In this document: one piece after another, positions 13,501 through 25,428 of the stretch
Layout of the letters: each line of letters begins with the position of its first letter
Numbering within the stretch: position 1 is the stretch's first letter
Origin: the human T2T-CHM13v2.0 reference genome, Homo sapiens
Direction: 5' to 3' (one strand)
Length of the DNA stretch: 64,000 nucleotides
Assembly (NCBI RefSeq): GCF_009914755.1
Contig: NC_060925.1
Program-made: the position numbers and the translations under genes
Notes under the pieces: model-generated
The model's input: only the letters and a program-made list of their open reading frames with translations
Told to the model about the DNA's origin: nothing
The model's database searches: none

Positions 13501-15897
13501 TGTGACTTTCAGCACATTCTTTCCCTTTCTGAGCCTCAGTTTCCTCAACTCTAAAATGGGGTACTTTCTGTGAATCTCTCATGGGTTGTTGGGAGTGATA
13601 TCAAGACAGTGTATGACACGTCTCCCTGCCCTGGCCAGGCATGTGGTGGGAGCTCAGTACGTACCCACTGAGTTATAAGGATTGCTGATGACTGTCCTAG
13701 GCCCTGCCATGAATTTGAGAACCGTGATGGTGGTTTCAGAATGAGGCAAATGATCTGGGCACCCTGAAAGCCCTGGTCTGCTTTGTCATTCCCCTGCTGA
13801 AACTTTTCTAATGTTTCCTAGGCATTTATAAGAAAAAATATCTGAAGTACTTTCTGGGCCTACAAGGCCCTTAATAGTCCAGGCTCTGCCCACCTCTCAA
13901 CCTTGGCTCCCCGCATCCCATTGCCACCTCCAGCCACACACCAGTTTCATTCTACACCTTGAATTTACAAAGCCTGGTGGCAGGGCCTTTGCACATTCCC
14001 CCACCAGGACAGCTTTTCCCTGAGTGTTTACATGGCTGGCACCTTCTTGTTTCACAGGTTTCTACTTGAATGTTACCTCCTCAGAGGGTCTGCTTGGACC
14101 ACTTGCTCTAAAATAGCTTCCTACTCTCACTCTCTCACATCAGCTGCTTTTTCTTTTCTCTTGTGGCTGTCACCAGTATCTGAAACCCTCTCATTATTCG
14201 CATTTCTTGCCTGTCTACACCATTAGAACATGCTGAAGCGCCATGCGTGTGAGTGAGCAGGTGGTTCTGGTGTGGTGTGGCTGGGGCTTTTGTAGAGGTG
14301 AGGAAATGCTAGGGAGTCCAGGTGTGGCAGCGCATTGCCTGGGAGATAAAGTTACACTGAGGGCTGTCTTCTCCTTCCTCCCACCCCGGGAGACTCAGGG
14401 CTGTTGTCAGGAAATAATGAGATGATTAAATCATGGAATCTAAGAATCCCAGTCTCTTCCAGTCTCAGAGCTTTAGCATCTGAGAAGCTTTCCAGCTCAG
14501 AACCTTTGACACTTGGAATCTTACCATGATAGGATGATCCAGTCTTAGGTTTAGAATCTTACAAAGTGGACTCTCACTGCCTTATTTAGCATCACAGAGG
14601 GCTCGCTTTGTGCCATGCCATGTTCTAAAAGCCTTTATAAATATTAACATATTTACAGGTGAGGAAGCTGAGGCACAGAGGTATTTAGGTATCATGGAGC
14701 AGTTGCTGGGATTTGAACCTAGCACTCTGGGACTCCTTAGAATCCCTCAACTGTTGAGGGGAAGCCCAACCTCACTTGACCCTTGCACAGAGCAGGAATC
14801 CTTTTCCCACACCTTTGTCAAAAGGGCCTCTGATCTCTGCCAAAAAACCCCCCTCCAGTGAACTCCCTCCTAACCAGGCCACCTAGCTTCCTGCTGTCAG
14901 AAAGTTCTCATTGCTAGTAAGATTTTCTTGACAATGTGTAAAGTGCTGCACCTCCCTTGTGAATAACGCCTGGGAAGTGGTGTTAGTGTCATGGTTTCCC
15001 AGTGCCTTTGACCTTGTGGATTCCTGGTTTCAGTGGCCTCTTTCTTCCCACTGGGTTGTGGGAAGAAAGGCAGACAGCCTTGAGGCAGACAGCCTCGGTG
15101 CATTGTTGAATGTAAGAATGAATAAATTGGTGCACAAAGACCGCATGAACCCTCAGGATTTCTGAGTTCCTATCTCTTTAGCCTGGTGCTCGGCACTCAT
15201 CCAGGGTAATTGGTCAGGCTTGGTGTACTCAGGAAAAGGAGACACCGTTATCTCTCCAATAAAGTCTGTATCTGATGACATTTATGTATGCAATTCTTGG
15301 AGAATCATGTGAGATCTAAAATCATGCACTATTCGGAGCGAGGTGGATGTCATCTAGCCAAACTTCATTCTACCCGTTGGGGAAACTGAAGTGGGAAGGG
15401 AGAGGAGCAGGCCTTATCCAAGGCCACGTGCATCTCTGTCTGCTACCCAGAGGCCAACAGGCTGCTGCTGCAGTATCTGCCTTGGGGATCAAAGGCAGGG
15501 GAAAGTGCTCAATGGGACAGTTACTTCTTCTCTAGTGCAGAAGCTACCCCTGTACAATGGGGGCAACATTTTTGGATGCACAGGGTGTGCCTGGCACTTG
15601 GGGGGAGATTGAGGAAGCCAGCTGCATTGGGAGTTGGTTGGGGCTATGGTGATGGGGATGGCTTTCTAGAACCTGGGGCTGGAACTGGGCTTTGGAGGCT
15701 GGGTGGAATTTGGGGGAGGTGGCTGAATAGTGTCTTTAGTGGATAAGGTGTGTAGGGAAGGCCAAGGGATTTGGCTCTGGGGCCTAAGGGGTCCTGCCTT
15801 GTTCCCTGCCTCATGCATGTGGCCACAAGGGTACTCTTGGTGGGGTCTCCACCATCTGGGGTCCTTTTCTGAACTTTGGGCAAAGGCTTTAGGATTC

Positions 15898-16204
15898 TTT
15901 TTTTTTTTTTTTTTTTTTTTTGAGATGGAATCTCGCTCTGTCCCCCAGGCTGGAGTGCAGTAGCGCGATCTCCCCTCACTTGTAAGCTCCGCCTCCTGGG
16001 TTCACACCATTCTCCTGCCTCAGCCTCCCGAGTAGCTGGGACTACAGGTGCCCACCACCACGCCCAGCTAATTTTTTTGTATTTTTAGTAGAGATGGGGT
16101 TTCACCGTGTTAGCCAGGATGGTCTCGATCTCCTGACCTTGTGATCCATCCGCCTTGGCCTCCCAAAGTGCTGGGATTACAGGCGTGAGCCACCGCACCT
16201 GGCC
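15898..16204 (-). mobile_element. AluY
   Basis: Diagnostic ccgtgttagccaggatggtctcgatctcc; TSD ggctttaggattctt. Confidence 0.95.
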
Positions 16205-16955
16205 GGCTTTAGGATTCTTGAGGGGACAGTCTAGGCAGCCATTCCAGGTTCTGGGGCTCTGTCGGGGGACACCTGCTTGAGAGGGGGCACAACCCTTCAA
16301 CACACTCAAATACATTCATACATATTCACACTATTACCTTTTCCATTACCACCCCTGACCCTCCCTCCTGCACCATCCTTGCCAATGTGGAGCACTCCTC
16401 TGCTATTTCAGAAATACCACCACAGGTGTCCTAAACTGGATCCCTAGGAGCCAGGAGTTCAGGAAGCATGTCTGCTGGAGTGTGCATGCACACACGGTAT
16501 GCACATCACATAGGAGCACGTGCATGTGCTCTTGCCACTGGGAGGACCACATACCCAAGCGTACACCGTGCACTCTCCTGGGAAACAGCACACAGCCACA
16601 TGCCTGATCATCTGCACATTCTCCCACACGCATGGTGTTCATCTGTACACAGCTCTGTTCACTCAGGCCTCCTTGTGCACATGTGTGTTTTTACATGTAG
16701 ATGAGTCTTGCATGCACATGCTTATTTACACTTGAGATAACATAGCCTCAAATTCTAGCCGTTGCGCAGTGTGTCTCATACACACCCTTGCATTCACACC
16801 TGCACCTACACCTGGCCTGGATCTACTGGAAATGGTGGAGCCGGCAGCCCGTTTCTGTCTCCTGCCTTCATTCACTAGTATTTCTTGAGCATTTACTATA
16901 TCCAGGCTTTGTGCTAGATGCTGAGGATAGATGGGAGGAAAACTGATGTATATAG

Positions 16956-17318
<363 letters not shown>

Positions 17319-20300
17319 TAAGATTAGAGATTTTGGTCACTATGTTGACTGATGATGGGGGAGGAGCAGAGGGAACAGCCTGGGCAGAGACCCGGAGGTG
17401 AGAAATTCAGGGACAAAGAGAAGGTGGTGGCACTGGGACCTAGTGAAGTTGCAGGAGATGAGGCAGCAGGTGAGGCTGAGTCTGGTGGGGCCTGTAGCCG
17501 GTCTTCCCTGGCCTGTTCCCCGCGAGCCATTTGTCCACCCCACACCCTCCCCACTCCTTTCTCTGCCCAGCCCAGCTCAGCCTTCCCTTTGCTGCTGTGG
17601 CCTGCTTGGGGCCTGCTCTGTCTGCTGGCCTGCACCCCAGGCTGGAGGCCTGTTTGGCCTGCCCCACAGGCTGCCTGCCTTGGAGGTCCTGGGATATAGC
17701 AGGGAAGCAGGCTTCACTGCCTGCCAGGGGTTCCCTGTCCAGGACCCCTGAGACCTGTCTAGAAAGCTCCTGGGGGCCGGGCCAGAGCCAGGGTCCAGCA
17801 GTTGGCTTTCCTGTTTTTAGTTAATCTCAGACCTGGATCTTTGCCAGTCAGAAGAATGGTCCCTGTGGGTCCTGAAGGCCACCCAGAGCTACTGCCACCC
17901 CCCACCCCCTAGATGGCATTACTGGCTGGTCAGATTTCCATGTGGGTCTTTGGAATGTTGGGAAAGGCTCCCTTAGGCCTTAGAGAACCTAGCAACAGCA
18001 ATGGCAGCTGACTGTTCAGGAGTCCTCACTGTGTGTCAGGCAGTGTTCGAAAGATTTTATCCATATTAGCTAACTTAGTCCTCAGTACAACCCATGGAGA
18101 TACCATAATCATCCCCAGTTTACAGATGAGAAAATTGAGGCTTGGAGATTTAGGTAACAATCCCAAAGGCCTGAGCTGGGGCTATCTGCCTCCAGAATCC
18201 ATACTTTGAACCCTTGAGCTGTCACATTTCCCCTTTAAGGGTCCAGGAGCCCAGACTATGATTTGGTTGAACCCCTTCACCTTATAGAGGCAGGAAAGGA
18301 GGCCCAGAGAGAAAATGGACTTGACAGAGGGTTCTGTTACCTCTGCCTGCACCAGATGCATGGTCTTGGGCAGGTTAGTTACCTCTCTGAGCCTCATTCC
18401 TGACCCCAAACAAAGAAGTGATGACCATAGAAGCTTGGGGGACACATGGGGACTGAAATTGAGAAAGGACCCAGGGTGAGGGCTTCTTAGGTCTCCTGAT
18501 ACATGCTTTGTAAGTGATTAAGCTGTCCGTTCATGTTCTAAGCATCTTTCTGAATATATGTTATATTTCAAAACACTCACAGCATCTACCTCATGGGGTC
18601 GTTAGGAGCCAGAGTGAGAAATGCTTGTAAAGTATCTTAAGGTGCCTGGCATGGAGGAAGCAACTATTATTATTATTGCCATCATCATTTCATACAAGCA
18701 GAAGGAGTTCCCTGTGGGGATAGGAGCTGGGGGTCCCCAGGAGAAATAGAAGTAGGGAGGGGGATGTGCTCCAAGCCTGTAGAACATTCTCTCAGAACTG
18801 AGAGAGTGTCATGGCCCCTTCCCTAGATGAGGGCACTGAGGCTCCCAGAGAGGCTCAACCGCCCTCAGTGTCTCTGGGTAGCTGGAGGTGGGAATGGGGG
18901 GCCCAGAGGTTGAGGGTGTTGGGGAGGGGGAGGGACAGTGAGGGGAAGGGGCAGGCTCCCAGCTCCCACTGACCTGGGCACAGACAGCAACCCCTCCTGC
19001 TCTGATTAGCCCTGCCATCACAATGAAAACAGCCCTTCCCAGCCCCGTGGGGCTGCGGAAACCCGGTCTAATTGGATCCAGGACCCTGGGAGCCTCTTTC
19101 CTTCCGGGGAAGGAAGTTCCCAGGAGTGTGTTTCTGGTGCTGGCCAGGCCTGCCCAAAGTCTTGAGAGTGGGGTGGGGTGCAGTGGCTGGGGCTCAGGGT
19201 TCTAGCTGCTTGGAGTGGCAGAGGGCAGAGGGGCCATGGGAGGCAAACTTTGAGCGTGTCTCAGGAGCCTAAAACATGAGAAGCCTCAGTTTCCCTCTCC
19301 TAGACCATCTGCTTATCCTCTCCAGGCCATCCTTCTGGCCCCATACAGCTTGTCCATTGAAAACCTTGGCCATGGCCCTCCCTTGCTCAGGGACCTCCCA
19401 TGTCCCCCCTATGTTCTTTCACCGGAGCACCTTAGCCTGCAACTCTGGTCCTTTATGAACGGCTCCAGCCACCCCACCCTTCTTCCCTTGTGAATTCCTG
19501 CACTATACCCCTGACCCACGTGATGCTGTGTGCTTTCCTGCCTCGGGGCCTTTGCACATGCAGTTCTTTCCACCTGCCATACTCTCCTTTGGCATCTCCC
19601 TCTTGCAATTTCCCCTTCCCCCATCAGTAAGTCCCACCTTCCTGAAGTCTGTTCTTCCCACAGTGAGATGAGTTCACCCTCCTGAGAATGCTGCCACTAC
19701 CCTCCCTTCCCTCCCAGCCTGACTGCAGCAGTAGCTGTTGCCCCTCTCTGGGGGCAGGGATTATGTTTGAGAAACCTTTGCTCTCCCAGGGAGTTAACAG
19801 TTTTCCAGCTTCTGCACATGCTGCCCTTCTGCCGCAGTGGCTCTCCTGGCAAACTCGTCTGTCTTCACGGCTCACATGGAAAGACCCCTCCTCATCAATT
19901 CCCTCAGTGAACATCTGTTGAGTACCCAGTGTATACTAGGCACTTGAGGCCCTACTGCATGGCTGGCGCTGGGCTCTGGGGCTGCAGCAGTGACGGCTGA
20001 TGGGGAGACAGGCCTAAAGCATATTTAGGTGCATGGTATTAATACAAAGGTGGGGTAGGGAGAAGGCAGGGGACCATGGGAGTGTATAACAGGGTAGCCC
20101 AATTCCTATGTGGGAAACGTCAAAAGTGACCTTTAAGTTGAGACAGGAGGGAAGACCTGGGTGAGCTGTGGGGCTATGTTGGGGTAGGTGTTGTAACTAA
20201 GAACCAGACCAAGCCCTGCTTTTGGGGAGCCCACAGCCTACATGGGGGACTGGACAAATAACCAGATAACCAGACAGTTCCTCAAGGTGGTGCCAGCTGA

Positions 20301-23145
20301 GCAGAGTTTTGAGGGCAGGGTTCCAGCTGGGTGGTATGGCTCCCAGATGGAGGGGCTCAGCCTGTGCAAAGCCATGGCACATCAGATCACCTTGTTCTGG
20401 GGGCCCTGATGCTGGAGGGATGCTGCCAAGGAGCACACCTGGTGAGATGAGTGTGGCCAGGGGACCTTCTTGGCGAAAACCCGAGCATCAGACTGTGGAG
20501 TTTGAACTATACCCCAAAAGTGATGGGAATCCAAGAAGGATTTTAAGCGGTAGACTTAGCGCCCTGGGAAGGCTCTCCTTCGGCTTGGTCCTCCCCGCTG
20601 GGGCCCCTGGATGGGACCAGGAGTCCCTTCCTGACTGCTCTCCTGGCTGGGGTCATGGGTGGGGCTGGAGGCTTTTGCTGTGGGACTTTGAGCAGGCCCC
20701 TGTCCCTCCCTGAGCCCCACTCTCCTGGGTAAACTTGCAGGGCCTTAGGCTGGGGTTTGGGGTGTCTTTCTTTGTCAAAGGTTGCTTAACTTTTGGTTTT
20801 ATTAAAAATATTCCCTTAAAAAGTCACATAAGAATACTCTTCCAGGCCTATCGCCCCATCAGCTGTGACATGGAGAAAAATGAGAAAACAGGGATATGAA
20901 ATAAGTAAAAACCCACCTCATCTCTGCCCCTGCTCCAAGCCGGAAGCATCACCACTGTTAGCATTTTGGTGTTTTCTTCCCCTCTTTTCTCTCAGCACCC
21001 AGTTTTTATATAGATGTCCTTGCTCCATCTATACATGCAGTTTTTAAAAATCTTCCCATTTCCCCCCTGACTATTGTTGTATCACAAGTATTTTTTTAAA
21101 TGACTGCAGAGTGGTTTCAATCCTTCCTTTTAATGGATCCAGTGTCAGGGTGGAGAGTATGGGCTTTAGGGCCTGATTGTCTGGATTCAAATCCTACACT
21201 TAACTGCTTGACTTTAGGCAAATTTCCTGATCTCTCTGTGCCTTCAGTTCCTGACAGGCCAATGTGAGTGTTAAATGAGTCATTACAAGGCCAGTAACAT
21301 TAGCTGTTATTAACGACCATAGACTATGACACCAGGTAACATGACTTAAACAGAACCTGTTTAACATTTCGGCTGTTCCAGGTTTTTGCTGCTGTAAAAA
21401 ACCACTGACGCAAACAGCTTTGTACATATAACTTTTTCTATATTTTTCTAGGGATGGATGACCAAGAATGGGATCACTAGGCCAGGAAGTTTGGACATTT
21501 TTAGAGCTCTTGACAAATTCATGCCAGATTTATTTCAGAAATGATTGTTACAGTTTACACTCCCACCAATAATACATGAGCGTGCCAATTTCACCATACC
21601 CTCACCAGTATTGGGTGTTAGCATTTTCTTATTTCTTTTTCCTATTTTGACAGGTTAAACTCATTGAATTTTCACTGCTATGGAAGCAGAACCATTTTCT
21701 GTGTTTATTAGCTGTTAACATCCTTTTTGGGTTGGCTCGTCTTTAGAGAACACACATAGCCCCTTCTTGGGTCAATTAGGAAGACAGGACTTGGGTCAAT
21801 TAGGAAGACAGGACTTAGACACAGGAAATAGTAAACAGTGTTAACACAGAGGACAGCACAGTGCCAGAGTGGGTGGAGGGGACTTGGAGGAGGGGGAGGG
21901 GGCTTCCTTCCATCCAGGCCACAGCCCTTTCAGTTCCCCCCACCTGATTATTAAGTAAGTAATTAATCCAAACTTTTATCAGGTACTGTGCAGGGCTTAA
22001 AAGATAAATGATTCAGCCATGATCCCTCCCCATCAGAGTGCTTGTCTGGCAGCAGAGATGGATGAGCAAACAGACAGAACATGGGGTGAGAGGGGTTCTG
22101 ATGATGGAAAGGCAGGGTACAAAGGGAGCAGAGAGGAGAGCACACAGTGTAGCTCAGGCATGGAGGCAGAGCAGTCCCCGATTGCTTCCAGGAAGAGGTG
22201 GCCTGTAAGCTGGGGCCTGAGGGATGCATTGGAATTCACTAGTGAAATGGGGAGGGCAGAGAGCACCAGGGAGAGGATGCAGCCTGTGGAAGGTGAGAAG
22301 GGAAGCAGAACCCTGGGGGAACTGTGAGATGTTCAGTCTGGCTGGGCAGTGCAAAGTAGAACAGCCAGAGAGATTGGCAGGGGCCGCACATGTAAGGCTT
22401 AAGCAATCCAGAAATTGTCTGGAGGGAAGTAGGGAGCTATGGAGGGTCCTAGGAAGGGCAGGGTTATGATCTTTTATTTTATTAAAATCACAGTGACTGC
22501 AGTAATGGAGTGGAGGATGAGGGTGGAGTGGGGGAACCTGTGAGCAGGCTCTTACAACAGCTGAGGCCAGAGCTGAAGGGGGCCTGGATCAGGGCAGGGG
22601 AGGTGGTGCAGACCCTCTTCTCTCCCCACCCTGTAGGATCCTAATCAGCTTCATGGTACAGATTGAATGCCACCTCTTCCGGATAGCCCTTCCTGACACC
22701 CACCCTCCAAGTTGTGCTTTGAGGCTGAGGCTGTGCAGGGCCTGGCATGCAACAGTCAACTGCCTGCCCACCAGCAGCTGACCCTGACCTCCCCCTGCCC
22801 CATGCCTCTGGACCCTCCATCTGTTCCCCGCACTGGGCTACCAACTACTTTCTTTCATTTTTTAAGAATAAATTTATTGTTTTCATTAAGCAGCTGAACA
22901 GCATTACAGAGAATTTGGAAATCAGAGAAACAAAGACAAAGACCAAGATTGGCCCCAGCTGCCTCCTGCCTTGCTCCCAGCCTCCCTCTGGGTGTGGCTC
23001 CCTGAAGCTTTCTTTTTCTGACGCAGGTTTTTATTTTTGCCTCCTTTGTAATCATAGTGTCCGGATAGTTTTGGGTCCTGCTCTCTCGCATTTGCTTTGT
23101 GAAGAGCTAGTTCCCATGTGACCATGGGGTCTGGGCAACTGTCTT

Positions 23146-23486
<341 letters not shown>

Positions 23487-23879
23487 TGATGTACACCTTC
23501 CTCAGTACCCCCTCCCTCAGTTCCCCTCTCTGGAGCTTGCTGGGCTGGCCTCAGAGACACCCTTCTGGGACGGAGTGATAAACAGACCCGGTTTCAAGTT
23601 CAGACTCAGCTCTGTGACCTAAGGCAACTTGCTTAACCTCTCTGGACCTCAGTTTCCTCATCTGTACAACAGGTTTATTGTGAGAGTAAAATAATGGCTG
23701 TAAATATCTTGACACAGTTCCCAGTCCATTGGAAGTGGCCACCTTGGGCTAGAGGCTGGCAGAAATGAATGAGCACCAACCCTACTTGTGAAGAGTTTGA
23801 AGTCTGGTGGGGAGGACACCCGGGAAAATATAACTGCACTGGAGTGCAGTTGGCCCTGTAGTGCTGGGCCAGTGCTGGG

Positions 23880-24215
23880 CATCCTAACTCCATCACTTAC
23901 TAGCTGTGTGATTTGGGGCAAGTTGGTCAATCTCTCTGTGCTGCACGTGCATCTCAGAGTCATTGGGAAGATTCAGTGACATGAATCATGACATATTCAA
24001 CACATAGATGTTGAAATCAATGGTAGCTGGCACTTTACTATTATTATTATTGTTATTATTGTTATTGTTATTCCCATATACAAGGTGCTGTTGGGAACAC
24101 AGAGGAAGTGACTGGCTGGGGGTTCAGGGAAAGCTCCGTAGAAGAGGGAACACTTGAGCTGGGTCTTGAAGGATGAGTAGAAGTTCACCAAGTGGGAAAG
24201 GACACTCTAGGTAAG
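23880..24215. mobile_element. MIR fragment with (ATT)n tail abutting an L2 fragment (hosts ZNF362 exon 2)
   Basis: cacttactagctgtgtgatttggggcaagtt (MIR); tcagggaaagctcc...cacttgagctgggtcttgaaggatgagtagaagttcaccaag (L2). Confidence 0.7.
24173..24210 (+). CDS. ZNF362: ZNF362 exon 2 coding part (MSRSSPSGKGHS-R); exon probably 24085-24210
   Basis: ATG at 24173 with in-frame TGA two codons upstream; donor AG|gtaagg at 24210/24211; phase 2 joins G|ATG of the next exon; matches the ZNF362 N-terminus as I recall it. Confidence 0.8.
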
Positions 24216-25298
24216 GAGCCTGTGATTCCAGGTTGCACTCTGTCAATGAGGGTTTGTTCTTTGGGGGATTAAAGCATTGTGTTCGTCCCACCTTCCCTGA
24301 GTGCCCCCGCTGCTACCCTCTGGGTCTGCCCTGGGGGAGGTGTGTGCTTACCCTCCTGTAGCGGCCTCCTGTGTCGTGGTGGCTGTGGGTTCCTCCTCAC
24401 GGCAGCTGCTGGGTCCCCATCAGTCCACATTTGGGGCCACAGGTCTGTATCTGTCATTTGTGTCTGGGTTTGGTGCTGTCTGTCCGCATGTTCCTGTGGC
24501 TGTGTTTGTCAGCATTGGTATGCAGTGGGCCTCCTGGGCTCCACTGTGGGGGTCACCTTGCATGCTTCCTTGGCCTCCAGCTTCAGGCCTCTTTGGCCGC
24601 TCTCCTCCCTGGCCCAGGCGCAGCCCCTGCCTCTCTGCTCTGCTCCCCAGGGGCCTCCCACTGCCTCTTCTCCTGTCCTTTCTAGTCCCCTCTACATTGG
24701 GCACTCAGAGGGGCCTTTCTCAACCACAGATTCTGTCCCATCACCCACTGCTTCAAGTCTAGCCTTCAGGCCTAGGAGTCAGGGAGCAGCCTTTTAGGTC
24801 TGGCCCCAGCTGCTGGCTCCAGCCTCATCTCCCATCTGCCAGGCAACACCGAACGCTCGTGGCTCCCCTCACACTGTTGGGCTCCTCGCCTGGGGGGCCT
24901 TTGCTCAAGCTGTTGCTTCTGCTGGGAATGCTCCCACTTCTTCTCTGCCTGGCTAACTCCCACTCATCCTTTAAGACCCAAGGCAGGCATCACCTCCCCT
25001 GGGAAGTCCTCCCTGATCCTCTCCAGGCTGGGTCAGGTCCCTGGCTCTGGGCTGCTAATCCCTTACATGGGGGGCAGGAGCAAGTGCCTTGCCCAAGATC
25101 ACACAGCTGGTGAGTTGGAGTAAAGATTGGAACCCGGGTATGTTGGGCTGCAAACAGAGCGGGCTGTTCCACAGTCCTGGTGAGGCGACAGTGGCTGGGA
25201 CTGTTGGAGAAGAGTGGGTGGGCTTGAGAGAGATTTTGGAACTGGAATCCTGAGGACATGGCTGAGATGGGTGTGAGGTGAGTGGGGAGGGAGGGCGA

Positions 25299-25428
25299 GT
25301 GTGGTAGATCACTTTGTGTCTGCAGGAGCATCTGGGCAGATGTGTGGTAGATCACTGTGTGTCTGCAGGAGCATCTGGGCAGATGTGCGGTAGATCACTG
25401 TGTGTCTGCAGGAGCATCTGGGCAGATG
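25299..25428. repeat. Minisatellite, 43 bp x 3
   Basis: Unit gtgtggtagatcactgtgtgtctgcaggagcatctgggcagat, nearly identical copies. Confidence 0.95.

Noticed and set aside
16470-16810. CA/TG-rich stretch with Cys/His-rich ORFs
   Set aside because: Decayed dinucleotide low-complexity sequence, not zinc-finger spacing
25299-25428. CRISPR-like array
   Set aside because: Contiguous tandem units with no unique spacers; eukaryotic context and no cas genes
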